This document shows, one piece after another, positions 34,870 to 44,639 of a stretch of DNA of 64,000 nt (positions are counted from its first letter, which is position 1; each line of letters starts with the position of its first letter). Below the pieces are notes generated by a model, which worked only from the letters and a program-made list of their open reading frames with translations, made no database searches and was not told the DNA's origin. The DNA comes from a virus: IMG/VR virus record IMGVR_UViG_3300010354_000044, positions 64,001 to 128,000 of that record, one strand, 5' to 3'. The translations under genes and the position numbers were made by a program.

Positions 34870-35631
34870 ATGTCCATAAGAAAGAATGTTATTAAACTGC
34901 CGGAAGAAGCTGGATTGGCCATGATTCTTATTCCGGGCGGGACCTTTACTATGGGTTCGCCTAAGAGTGAGTTGGGGCATGAACGTGATGAAGAGCCTCA
35001 GCATATTGTTACCTTAGAGCCTTTCTTAATGGGAGAGCATTTAATTACGCAGCATCAATGGCGAGCTGTGGCCAGTCTACCCAAGGTAGAGCGAGAGTTG
35101 GATTCTAACCCCTCTAGATTTGAAAGGGGGAAGTTTGACGGTCATTACTGCCCTGTAGAGGGAGTGTCTTGGGATGATGCTGTAGAATTCTGTGCTCGTT
35201 TGTCCGCCCATAGCGGGCAACTTTATACCTTACCCAGCGAAGCTCAGTGGGAGTATGCTTGTCGGGCTGGTACTGAAAGCCCTTTCTATTTTGGCGATCT
35301 CCTGACTAATAAGGCTAACTACAATGAGTTCCATAAAGGGCCTACTGATGTTGGGAGCTTTCCCCCCAATGCTTTTGGCCTTTATGATATGCATGGTAAT
35401 GTCTGGGAGTGGTGCTTAGATACCGGGCACGACAACTATGAGGGAGCTCCGACTGATGGTAATGCTTGGTTGACTGGAGGGGATAGTTCCCGTCGTATAG
35501 TACGTGGTGGTTCTTGGACTGATGATCCTAGGGACTGTCGCTCTGCCTGTCGGCTCCGGGCCCGCCTTGATAAGCGTTCCGACGACTTTGGCTTTCGTAT
35601 TGTAAGTCCAGCGACTAGCACTCGGGGGTAA
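34870..35631 (+). CDS. FGE-sulfatase domain protein 2
   Basis: Same motif set as 21147. Confidence 0.92.
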   Translation: MSIRKNVIKLPEEAGLAMILIPGGTFTMGSPKSELGHERDEEPQHIVTLEPFLMGEHLITQHQWRAVASLPKVERELDSNPSRFERGKFDGHYCPVEGVSWDDAVEFCARLSAHSGQLYTLPSEAQWEYACRAGTESPFYFGDLLTNKANYNEFHKGPTDVGSFPPNAFGLYDMHGNVWEWCLDTGHDNYEGAPTDGNAWLTGGDSSRRIVRGGSWTDDPRDCRSACRLRARLDKRSDDFGFRIVSPATSTRG

Positions 35632-35700
35632 TATATGATTACCCCTCCCCCACCCCACTGCTCCTAAAACCGGCAGACTGACCTTTATTTATTGACTAAC

Positions 35701-35856
35701 ATGGCTAACCAACAAGAGAAACTAGCTCGCTTGAAAGAGATTCAAGCCCGTATTCAAGAGCTAGAGAATGCTAACAGCAACTCTACAGAACTGGTACAAT
35801 TACGGGCAGAGAAAAATAAGTTGACGATTTCCCTGTACGGTTATATTGTCATTTAA
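35701..35856 (+). CDS. Small coiled-coil peptide, 51 aa
   Basis: MANQQEKLARLKEIQARIQELEN...; follows a C-tract/CGGCAG motif. Confidence 0.5.
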   Translation: MANQQEKLARLKEIQARIQELENANSNSTELVQLRAEKNKLTISLYGYIVI

Positions 35857-35873
35857 CGCTCCAGAGGTAAATC

Positions 35874-36161
35874 TTGCATACCTATAGATTCCTCCAACAT
35901 ACTCTCGTCTTAATTACTTACACCTGGCGCTGCGACGGAGGATGTTGTAGTAATGAAGAGGTGGTTTCTGAATCTTTTGAGAAAGGTGATTTGCTCGCCC
36001 TATATCAGCATCAACAAGGTTACTACCATTACTTGTTAGTGGATCTTGATAGCCCTGAGCAAGCTAGTCGGTTTGAGTATATGGGAAAAGATGCTATTCC
36101 TCGTATACATGAAGAAGAGATACAGGAATTAATTTCGGATGGTATCTTATGCCTTGCCTAG
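35874..36161 (+). CDS. Hypothetical protein
   Basis: ORF, SD GAGGT. Confidence 0.55.
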   Translation: MHTYRFLQHTLVLITYTWRCDGGCCSNEEVVSESFEKGDLLALYQHQQGYYHYLLVDLDSPEQASRFEYMGKDAIPRIHEEEIQELISDGILCLA

Positions 36162-36229
36162 ATTGCGCTATCTTTTTTCAATTCCTGCCCGTACGTCACG
36201 GGCATAGTCCAATTACTTGATGCAAAATA

Positions 36230-36781
36230 ATGCTACGCCACAACGGAAATTTCTGGCTAGCGGCCCTTGAGTCGCTAGCCTTTGTTTTAAACGCCCTGGT
36301 ATTAGGGCTGTATATTCTCATAGCTGTGACTACCCTAGTAGTCATGTTTTTGACATCTGCGAAAGCGCAGCGTTTTTATAAAACGGTTTGGTTGGCCATT
36401 CAATGGTCCGCCGAGCTAGTCTATTGGGTGAGTCTTCTAGGCCTACTAACGATTTACACTCGCCTACCCAAGGAAACCCAAAAAAAGGCTCCGCAGCCGG
36501 AAGTAGCTCAGATTACCATCCCTGAGGCCGCTAGTACAGAGGGTTTACCTGAGCCTGAGGCTGAGAATGTAAAGCACAGTCCTCAGCAGGATTCTCCTAA
36601 GGAAGAAGAAGAGCTAAGCTCTATAAGTCTTAAGGAGTTAAAAGCTCGCGCCCGAGCACTGAATGTTCCTAGGTACTCAAAGTACACTGCCTCTAACCGA
36701 ACGGAATTAGAAGAGTTGGTCTTTACTGCCCAACAAGAGTCGGCTTTATCCAGACCCACTTGCGTTGGGCAGCGTCTCTAG
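36230..36781 (+). CDS. Membrane protein with C-terminal Rho-N/HeH-like domain
   Basis: Two TM segments; SLKELKARARALNVPRYSK..RTEL. Confidence 0.6.
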   Translation: MLRHNGNFWLAALESLAFVLNALVLGLYILIAVTTLVVMFLTSAKAQRFYKTVWLAIQWSAELVYWVSLLGLLTIYTRLPKETQKKAPQPEVAQITIPEAASTEGLPEPEAENVKHSPQQDSPKEEEELSSISLKELKARARALNVPRYSKYTASNRTELEELVFTAQQESALSRPTCVGQRL

Positions 36782-37673
36782 GGCCGACTACGGTTCTACG
36801 CCAGTGCCCGCGGCGCCAATGCGTCGTTGGGCTAGCATGGTGGCCTATACCTTTGACTGCTGTGCGCCGTTCTACTACTGATGGAGTACTTAGCCACCGG
36901 GGGGACAGTACCGTAGAAGCCTTTGCGGGTCTTCTATTAATGTGTGCCCGAGCTGTTCCTACAGGCTGCTCCATTAAATCAGGCCTGTAGGTTAGAGTTA
37001 GCATTACTTGGATGACAATGCTCCTAACCCGGTCCGTAAACAGCCGGTCGGCCTCATTCATAGCAGTTCTACCCAATGATCGCTTTGGCTGTAGGATAGC
37101 GCCGCTTTCGTCAATACCAGAGCCTCCAAACCAGGTTGTATCACTAGCGTCATACCCTCCCCAGTGGAGGTTAAATGGAGCGTTATCTTCGGCCTGCAGG
37201 TCAGGAAGCACATAGCCAAAGCCCTCTCCATGGCTCGCTTCCATATTATCTCGGGAGGTTAAATGGACCACAACCCAATCTAATGGGCTTTTATCTGGGC
37301 TGACCAGACTATTGCAAGGGAATAATAGTAAAAATGTAGGTATAGGTGGGTGTAGATCTGCAAGTAATCCCTTGTCTACTGAGACGTCTGTGTGGTCAAA
37401 TGCCTGGAACAATTCTGTTTTGAGTGCATAGATGGGGGCCGCCTGCAGGAACCATAAAGCCAGGCGGTTGTTCACAAGATAGGTCGCCTGGTCTATTGTC
37501 TGCCGAGCTGTTGATTCATCCCGGTACATGGCCAGGCCGCTCCCCACCGCTGCACTTAACCTATTCCATTGGGTATAGCCCCGTGGAATCTTATAGGGCC
37601 TATGTTCGCGCACAAGGGCAATCTCGTTGGGTGCGAACTCGTGTTCTAAAAAGTTTAACGTCTCTGATCTCAT
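36723..37673 (-). CDS. Phage protein with C-terminal HWRRGHWR motif
   Basis: 316-aa ORF; SPTTHWRRGHWRR..WIKP.LV; only convincing minus-strand gene. Confidence 0.8.
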   Translation of the reverse strand: MRSETLNFLEHEFAPNEIALVREHRPYKIPRGYTQWNRLSAAVGSGLAMYRDESTARQTIDQATYLVNNRLALWFLQAAPIYALKTELFQAFDHTDVSVDKGLLADLHPPIPTFLLLFPCNSLVSPDKSPLDWVVVHLTSRDNMEASHGEGFGYVLPDLQAEDNAPFNLHWGGYDASDTTWFGGSGIDESGAILQPKRSLGRTAMNEADRLFTDRVRSIVIQVMLTLTYRPDLMEQPVGTARAHINRRPAKASTVLSPRWLSTPSVVERRTAVKGIGHHASPTTHWRRGHWRRTVVGPRDAAQRKWVWIKPTLVGQ

Positions 37674-37688
37674 GATTAGGAGGATCTA

Positions 37689-37964
37689 ATGAGGGCAATT
37701 ATAGTCTATCGGCATGGAGAGCCTTGGGAAGTATTTAAGAACTTTGCCGATGCTGCTGTTTATGTTAACAGTCAACAGAGGACTGGATTTGAGGATGTAG
37801 AAGAGCGAGTGGAGCCTTCCGAGTATAGAACAGACATGGTATGCATAGAAGGTCACGAAACTTATGGTATGGCCTCGCATTACTTCGAGTACAGAGATTG
37901 GATGGACAAAGAAAACGCCAATAACCTGTCTGAAGGACAATCTCTTACCAACATCATAGACTAA
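37689..37964 (+). CDS. Hypothetical protein
   Basis: SD AGGAGG. Confidence 0.7.
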   Translation: MRAIIVYRHGEPWEVFKNFADAAVYVNSQQRTGFEDVEERVEPSEYRTDMVCIEGHETYGMASHYFEYRDWMDKENANNLSEGQSLTNIID

Positions 37965-38264
37965 TTGCCTGCAGCTTGCCTGTAATTAAGTAGCAGTTAT
38001 GCGACTATACCAGCCTAATTGTTACAACATTGCATGCAAGCTGCAGGCAAACCGTACTGTCAAATTTGAAAGGTTTTATATGCGCTGGATTTTAACTATT
38101 TTACTCAGCAGTAGTTTGATGCTACTCGCCGCTTGCGACGAACCGAACCGAGATGTTGCCCCTTCAGGCATGTGCTCCGTTAATGAAGAGCATACAAAGG
38201 GTTGCGCCGAATAGATTGCAAAGCAACCACTAATCTAAGCTATTATTAAATTAGTGGTTGTCGC

Positions 38265-38336
38265 GCCGCTGTAGCTCAACGGCAGAGCACCCGCCTTGTA
38301 AGCGGGGGGTTCTGGGTTCAAATCCCAGTAGCGGCT
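38265..38336 (+). tRNA. trnT: tRNA-Thr(UGU)
   Basis: GCCGCTG/TAGCGGC stem, loop CTTGTAA, GGTTCAAATCC. Confidence 0.9.
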
Positions 38337-38361
38337 TTGTCCACAAATTTAAGGTATTGAA

Positions 38362-38694
38362 ATGACTTACACAGATTTTGACCGTGCTGCTGAACTCAGC
38401 GGTGATTTATCGGACGAAATGGCTGCTAAAGCAATTGCGGAAGCTGAATTAGAGCCTTGCTCTTGTTGTAACTGCACTAATGCTACCGTTTTTAGCCTCT
38501 ATGACGTTGTGCGGTATCCAGAATATGGCAAGGACGAGGGCGAAATTCATGCTATTGATGGAAATAAATGCGAGGTCTTTTGGCCCCGCAGGGGACTTAA
38601 AGAGCCTCATATTGAGTGGGTCGCTTCCTCTAAATTACAGTTCATTAGGAAGCCTAGAGACCCATACGAATGGATTAATAAATACTGGTTTTAG
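38362..38694 (+). CDS. Hypothetical protein, SH3-like C-half
   Basis: ORF; DVVRY..G.I..I....V.W pattern. Confidence 0.6.
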   Translation: MTYTDFDRAAELSGDLSDEMAAKAIAEAELEPCSCCNCTNATVFSLYDVVRYPEYGKDEGEIHAIDGNKCEVFWPRRGLKEPHIEWVASSKLQFIRKPRDPYEWINKYWF

Positions 38695-39533
38695 GACTGA
38701 GTATCTCCGCTGGCTATAGTTTGTACCATCCAAAGTATGAGCTGTAGCCACCGTTCAAGCTATTAATAAAGGTATTTTCTTATGATTAAATGGGTTGGTT
38801 TGACTGCTTTTGTTGATAAGGAAGCAGTAGGCTGTGTTATGAACGTCAGCAATACATCATCTGCATCTTCTTGGGGTTACAGCTTCAAGCATAAAAATGC
38901 AGAGTTCTACGATAGCGGGTTTAGGTCAGAGGATAAAGCTAAGGAAGCATTTAAAGCAGCATTTAAGGCGGTCAGTCATGCGCCAGTTAAGTAAAGCATT
39001 TAAATCACGGTTGGCAAAGTTTATCTACCGTTTACTTCTAGAAGGTGCAGAAATATCGCTTCCAGATGGCGACTATATACTAAAGCATAATGCGGCCTGG
39101 TTTACTTTAGGTACTGGAAGCCCGTACCCTATCTCTGTCCGCATCAGACTAGACGAGGATGTTTTCCGCGTAGATGTCTACAAATACCTAGAAGAGGGTG
39201 AGGACCCTATTCTATCCTACGACGGGACGATTGAATATTAAACCGAGGTTTATTATGACTTTTGAAGAGTTCAAGACTACTATCCAGAACCATGGCTTCC
39301 CTGCAGATTCTGGTCACTATAATAAATTTATACGCTTCTACGTATTTACAATCTACCCTGAGAAAATGGAGGATTTTGAGTTATTCCGTATTTTCTTTGA
39401 AAAGAACGAGTGGCGCGTATCCTCAAAGAAGCATGGACAGGATAAAAAGGAAACCCGTGAGCAGGAACTGCATAAAGCTTTAGAGGGGCATTATTGTACA
39501 CTGTTCGGCCTAAATTAATTTGGTGTTGTAGCT

Positions 39534-39869
39534 ATGGTTAAAATTACGTTGCAGCAGAATTTAGAAATGATTAAGAAAATCAGAGAATTGATAACTGGGC
39601 GCAGCGCCCTTGAAAGAGTCGTAACAGCAATTGACAGATTAGTTAGTGACTCAATGCTTGCCGGTAATTATGATCGCATACAAACTGGCGTACCCGAGGT
39701 TGCCAAAGGGCTAGATGCTGAGGATTACTCGTTGCTGTTGCGTGTCCTTAAGTATAAAATCCAAAGAGATAAAGCTCCAGCAGCTGCGCCCTTTTATGAA
39801 GAAGCACTTAAGTGCGCTATTGCATCCCGCCTTGATTATTTTGTTCTAGAGGATAGAGCTAATGGTTGA
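39534..39869 (+). CDS. Hypothetical protein
   Basis: Coupled to next gene. Confidence 0.65.
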   Translation: MVKITLQQNLEMIKKIRELITGRSALERVVTAIDRLVSDSMLAGNYDRIQTGVPEVAKGLDAEDYSLLLRVLKYKIQRDKAPAAAPFYEEALKCAIASRLDYFVLEDRANG

Positions 39870-40887
39870 CTCCCAACAAAATGATAGTCGGTATCCGTAT
39901 ACCTACGCTTGGGACTACTTACGCGGTATCTGCGAAGGGAGTGTGTCAAGATCGGACGTCGCTAAAATAATGGAATTCTTAAGCGAGCTCTTGGGGAATG
40001 CCCTAAATCTCTCACCCAGCGAATTAGCTGAAGAGCTGGCAATTAAGATAGCTGACTATGCGCAGGCAAATCCTCATGACCCGCAAGTACTCGTAGACAA
40101 TGCTTCGCGGCGCCTCAATAAACCCACGATTACTGAAAAGGCCGATTCTATACAACCGGTGCCTGAAGTAATCACCATTAACCTACCAGGCGGGGTAGAG
40201 TTGGAAATGGTCGCTATTCCAGAAGGGAGTTTTCTCATGGGCTCCCCTGATGATGAACTAGGGCGTAGTAAAGACGAAGGTCCGCAGCATCAGGTGACTA
40301 TAGCTACCTTCCTAATGGGTAAATACCCTGTTACGCAGGCGCAGTGGCGTGCGGTAGCCGATCTGCCCCAGGTGGAATATTATCTGAATCCAGAGCCATC
40401 AAATTTTAAGGACGATAAATGCCCAGTTGAACAAATTACCTGGCATGAAGCTTTGGAATTTTGTGCTCGGTTATCCAAACTAACCGGTAAACCCTACACC
40501 CTCCCCAGTGAAGCCCAGTGGGAGTATGCTTGCCGGGCCGGTACCGCTACCCCATTTTACTTTGGCGAGACCCTTACCACTGACCTAGCTAATTACGATG
40601 GTGATTACATCTATGAACTCACCGAGGTGGGTAGTTTTCCTCCCAATGCCTTTGGCCTTTACGATATGCACGGCAATGTGTTTGAGTGGTGTTTAGATGT
40701 ATGGCATGAAACTTATGACGGTGCCCCGGTTGACGGAACTGCTTGGGTGACAGACGGGGACAGTTCCATTCGTGTACATCGTGGCGGTTCTTGGGACGAC
40801 GAACCTGGGAACTGTCGCTCCGCCTATCGGAGCAACGACTGGTCCTACAGCCGTGAGGCTTTTACCGGCTTTCGTATTGTGGTGTAA
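39862..40887 (+). CDS. FGE-sulfatase domain protein 3 with extra ~100-aa N-terminal domain
   Basis: FGE motifs in the C-terminal 240 aa. Confidence 0.92.
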   Translation: MVDSQQNDSRYPYTYAWDYLRGICEGSVSRSDVAKIMEFLSELLGNALNLSPSELAEELAIKIADYAQANPHDPQVLVDNASRRLNKPTITEKADSIQPVPEVITINLPGGVELEMVAIPEGSFLMGSPDDELGRSKDEGPQHQVTIATFLMGKYPVTQAQWRAVADLPQVEYYLNPEPSNFKDDKCPVEQITWHEALEFCARLSKLTGKPYTLPSEAQWEYACRAGTATPFYFGETLTTDLANYDGDYIYELTEVGSFPPNAFGLYDMHGNVFEWCLDVWHETYDGAPVDGTAWVTDGDSSIRVHRGGSWDDEPGNCRSAYRSNDWSYSREAFTGFRIVV

Positions 40888-41219
40888 TGCCCAGGGTGTT
40901 ATTTAGACCAAGCAAAATATTGCGTCTTTGTTTTACCTCAACCCTTAGGAGGATTAAATAGTGAATCTAGAGTTACCCCATCTGGCGCTATACCGTGCGA
41001 TCAAGGGTAATTTGACGTACTGGTTAGCGCCGGGGGCTAACTTACCAACAGTAGGAGTACTGATGGAGGTTAGGCAGCGGTGGGAAATGCTTAAGCCCTA
41101 CGTCATTAACAAAAACCATAGAGCAATAGATAATGGCTTGGCTTTGGTGGAGCGTCAATTAAAATAGCGGCTCTTGGCATAAGCGAAGAGACATAACACT
41201 ACACAGAATAGGAATAATT

Positions 41220-41993
41220 ATGGCTGAGGTAACTACAATTACCCTGCCTGGAAGGGTAGAGTTAAAAATGGTAGCTATTCCAGAAGGGAGCTTTCCCATG
41301 GGCTCCCCTGCAGATAACATTGGGTTTTACTATAACGAGGGGCCACAGCATCAAGTAACACTGAATTCTTTCCTCATGGGTAAATACCCAATTACCCAGG
41401 CTCAATGGCGGGCTGTAGCGACCTTACCAGAGATTGAGATTAGTCTAGACCCCGATCCTTCAGCCTTCAAGGGGGATAACCGCCCCGTAGAGCAGGTGAA
41501 CTGGCATGAAGCCTTAGAGTTCTGCTACAGACTGTCTACCTATACTGGTACTGTTTATACTTTACCTAGCGAGGCTCAGTGGGAGTATGCCTGCCGTGCT
41601 GGTACTACTACGGCGTTTCATTTCGGCGAGACAATTTCTACCAACCAAGCTAACTACAACGGTAGTTATATTTACGCTAATGGCCACAAAGGAGTCTGGC
41701 GGGAGGAGACGACTGAGGTGGGCATGTTTCCTGCAAACGCCTTTGGTCTCCATGACATGCACGGTAATGTGTACGAGTGGTGTTTAGATAACTATGAGAT
41801 CAGCTACCGAGGCGCTCCAACCGATGGAAGCGCCTGGAAGCGTAAGAAGAGCCCATGGGAGATTCGCCATATACTCCGTGGAGGCTCTTGGGTTGATGGC
41901 CCTTGGTATTGCCGTAGTGCCCAGCGAGGATTCCTTAAAGAGTTTGTTTCAGATAGTTATATTGGCTTTCGTGTTGTATGTCTGCTGAAGTAG
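41220..41993 (+). CDS. FGE-sulfatase domain protein 4
   Basis: FGE motifs. Confidence 0.92.
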   Translation: MAEVTTITLPGRVELKMVAIPEGSFPMGSPADNIGFYYNEGPQHQVTLNSFLMGKYPITQAQWRAVATLPEIEISLDPDPSAFKGDNRPVEQVNWHEALEFCYRLSTYTGTVYTLPSEAQWEYACRAGTTTAFHFGETISTNQANYNGSYIYANGHKGVWREETTEVGMFPANAFGLHDMHGNVYEWCLDNYEISYRGAPTDGSAWKRKKSPWEIRHILRGGSWVDGPWYCRSAQRGFLKEFVSDSYIGFRVVCLLK

Positions 41994-42007
41994 CCCGGCT
42001 AGCCTGC

Positions 42008-42230
42008 CACCCTAGCGGCCCCGCGGCTGCTGGGGTGCTCTTGTAAATTATTTTGGAGTTATAAAAATGTCTCAGCAACAAAAGACTGTTCAAGACTATG
42101 ACAAACAGTTAAAAGAGGCTCGTAAGAAAATCGAGCAAAACGCTACCTGGAGAAAAGCACAGGGTAAGTCTTAGTTCTATCACGTGCACCCTAGCGGTCC
42201 CGTGGCTGCTGGGGTGCTACCGTTGTAAAT
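42008..42230 (+). repeat. CACCCTAGCGG..GGCTGCTGGGGTG hairpin, 2 copies (related copy at 23224, half copy at 22835)
   Basis: Read directly; three of the four copies are followed by TGTAAAT. Confidence 0.75.
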
Positions 42231-42252
42231 ACTTCTGTTTAATAAAGAGTCA

Positions 42253-42678
42253 ATGAAAATCACAACTGATGGGCAATATCTGAATGTAACCTGGGGAAAA
42301 CAAATCAACACTAGGCATATTAGCAGGATTGAGCTCAAGGCATCTAATGGCGCGACCGGCGTATTAATTTGGGATCACCCAAAAAGTAGGCCTACATTTC
42401 TGGGCGATAACATGACCCAAGAACAATCGGCTGCGGGGGAGAAAGCTAAACATGAGATCCTGCAAGCAAAGCATAATATCATTAAAAGTACACTTGATTT
42501 CTTGCAACTTTTTCAAGACGGTGGCTGGCATACTATCTACCCTGTACCTTACTGTCCTACTAACACTAATTCTAGTGGTAGTGCTAAAGATGCTAAAGGC
42601 CGCGACCCCGTGGAGGCTTTTCAAGAACTGCAGGACTTGCTTGAGGGTTCGGTTATTGACGAAAGTGAAATTGACTAG
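42253..42678 (+). CDS. Hypothetical protein
   Basis: ORF behind hairpin. Confidence 0.65.
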   Translation: MKITTDGQYLNVTWGKQINTRHISRIELKASNGATGVLIWDHPKSRPTFLGDNMTQEQSAAGEKAKHEILQAKHNIIKSTLDFLQLFQDGGWHTIYPVPYCPTNTNSSGSAKDAKGRDPVEAFQELQDLLEGSVIDESEID

Positions 42679-43088
42679 CCTGCCTTTTATAGGCCTCTAC
42701 GTAGTCGAAGTGCTACCTATACAGCTTTGTAGTCCCGGTCCGTAACCTCGTAAAACCACTTCAGGTCGCTTTAGTAACGCCCTGAAATATGTACAAACTA
42801 ATTAGGTGTTAACTATGCTACTACCTATCACCCTTGATTTACCCCCACAGGCTGCGCCCACCGAGATTGTTCAGGCTGCTAGTTTGAGCTCTATCCCTGA
42901 TTGGGCCCTTACCTCTGAAGGCGAACTGGATAAGTCAGGCGGGGACCCCCGGGCTGAGTTCCCAGACAACCGCCAAGGGACCGGAGGTCCTGTTCCTCGG
43001 GCTCCCCGGAAGTAACTGCGGGTGCTAAGCTAATCCTAGGCCCTGTTATATAACAAGGCCTAGGTACTTTAACCTTTGGAGGTATACT

Positions 43089-43295
43089 ATGGCAGCAACA
43101 TGGCGGCAGATCCATGAAATAACGTCCCAAATGTCTGAGGACCAATTAGATCAACCTGTTTTACTTGAGGGTGATTGTTGGGAAGGTGTACACCTTGGTG
43201 TTATGTCCGAAGAGGATGTAAAACAGTATGGGAGTGAGCATGGGCCAGATCCTAACGTAAAGGTAGGAACACCTTACCTAAGTACTTGGGAGTGA
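43089..43295 (+). CDS. Hypothetical protein
   Basis: SD GGAGGT. Confidence 0.7.
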   Translation: MAATWRQIHEITSQMSEDQLDQPVLLEGDCWEGVHLGVMSEEDVKQYGSEHGPDPNVKVGTPYLSTWE

Positions 43296-43359
43296 TATAT
43301 TTGCGCCAGAGGCCATTTTCTGTGTGTAGCAGAGCTACAGAATCATAATAAGTAGTATT

Positions 43360-43641
43360 TTGGAGAATTTTAACGTGGCTGAAAAGATTGCGCAAATGAA
43401 TGGCAAAGATTTTGCCTGCGTCCTCGGACTTGTAGCAACAAGAGCTTTTCTTGCATTGCTAAATCGGGACCTAAAAGATCTAGAAGATGGAACTACCTCT
43501 AGGGAGAAGCTAAAAGAGTCGCTGCCGCGGCGCGAAGCCTTATTAGCTAAATTCGCTGAATCTGAGGTCCCGGAAGATATTCTGGCTGCTCACCAAGTAA
43601 CGGATAAGTTTAGCGCCTACAAAAAATTCTTGGAAAACTAA
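43360..43641 (+). CDS. Hypothetical protein
   Basis: Coupled to next ORF. Confidence 0.55.
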   Translation: MENFNVAEKIAQMNGKDFACVLGLVATRAFLALLNRDLKDLEDGTTSREKLKESLPRREALLAKFAESEVPEDILAAHQVTDKFSAYKKFLEN

Positions 43642-43868
43642 TGCGTAAATTGATACTCAACCTAAGAAAAAAGATTGTAGACATAGTCGCGGGTTTATGC
43701 CTCGGGTGTTTACAACTTTTTATCATTGTTGTAGCCGTTCTTATAGGACTGGCTCCGTTTGTCGGTCTTGTATTCGCGATTGATTGGATATTAACTTACC
43801 TTGGACTCAATGTGCCTTTGTGGGTTACAGCGTTCATAATCTTCTTTATATGGCCTAAGAGGCAGTAA
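43641..43868 (+). CDS. Small membrane protein, first of a cluster of hydrophobic mini-ORFs to ~44272
   Basis: Hydrophobic; further short hydrophobic ORFs start near 43873 and 44106. Confidence 0.6.
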   Translation: MRKLILNLRKKIVDIVAGLCLGCLQLFIIVVAVLIGLAPFVGLVFAIDWILTYLGLNVPLWVTAFIIFFIWPKRQ

Positions 43869-44289
43869 AAACATGGCTAAACTCCCCGTAGCAGCTATTA
43901 TAGCTGCTATAGTTTTCCTGCTATTAACGGCTGCTTTCGCGTACCTTGCATCAATGATCCCGCCGCATCTTCTTCCTCCTTTGTTACTTCTGTGGCTGAT
44001 AGGAGTCTTAACAGCAAAGGCTTTCGGTCTTTGATCTGACCAGTTTCTAAACACTCCAGCTCTTAGGCAGCTCGCGCCCGTGGTTCCTTAATTTAACAAA
44101 AAGTCATGCTAAAAGGAGCTATCATCGCTTTTGGTGTCCTGCTTCTATTGGCAGCTCTCACAGGCCTCGCACTAATGATCATCCATCTGTTTGGTTTAGT
44201 AGGAATTCAGGTTCCTTTTTTATTTGGCCTGTGGCTAGCCGTTATTTTCCTAATATGCCTAGCCTCCATTTAACTTACGGAGACAAATT

Positions 44290-44631
44290 ATGACACTACA
44301 CGAACTCGACATTAAATCACAGGTAAGTCGGCAGGTCGTTAAACAGGAACTTGCCGAATCATTTACCCGTAAACCACCCTTTCCAGTATTGCAAATAGAG
44401 AATGATGTGGCCAAGTTTATACAACTAGTAAATCACTGCCTTTATGTAGGCGATAAGGACTTGCTGCTGACCTGGGGAATTAACCCTATCAAAGAAAATC
44501 CGGGGTTACTTGGCTCTAACGATTTTGGGCTGTATAAAGAGACGTTTGAAAATCTTTATGAAAAAGCCCAGATAGAGCTAGAAAAGCAATGCTTCCTTGA
44601 GCTTGTGCAGCTGTTCTCTTCCTTTACTTAA
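44290..44631 (+). CDS. Phycobiliprotein-like (phycoerythrin alpha-like) truncated globin-fold protein
   Basis: NDVAKFIQLVNHCLYVGDKDLLLTWGI matches the recalled CpeA pattern RDI.[22 protein letters not shown]. Confidence 0.55.
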   Translation: MTLHELDIKSQVSRQVVKQELAESFTRKPPFPVLQIENDVAKFIQLVNHCLYVGDKDLLLTWGINPIKENPGLLGSNDFGLYKETFENLYEKAQIELEKQCFLELVQLFSSFT

Positions 44632-44639
44632 TAAATCAA

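Noticed and set aside
43089-43295. NblA-like protein (QMSEDQL)
   Set aside because: Lacks the LSLEQQF start and the helical C-terminal pattern of NblA
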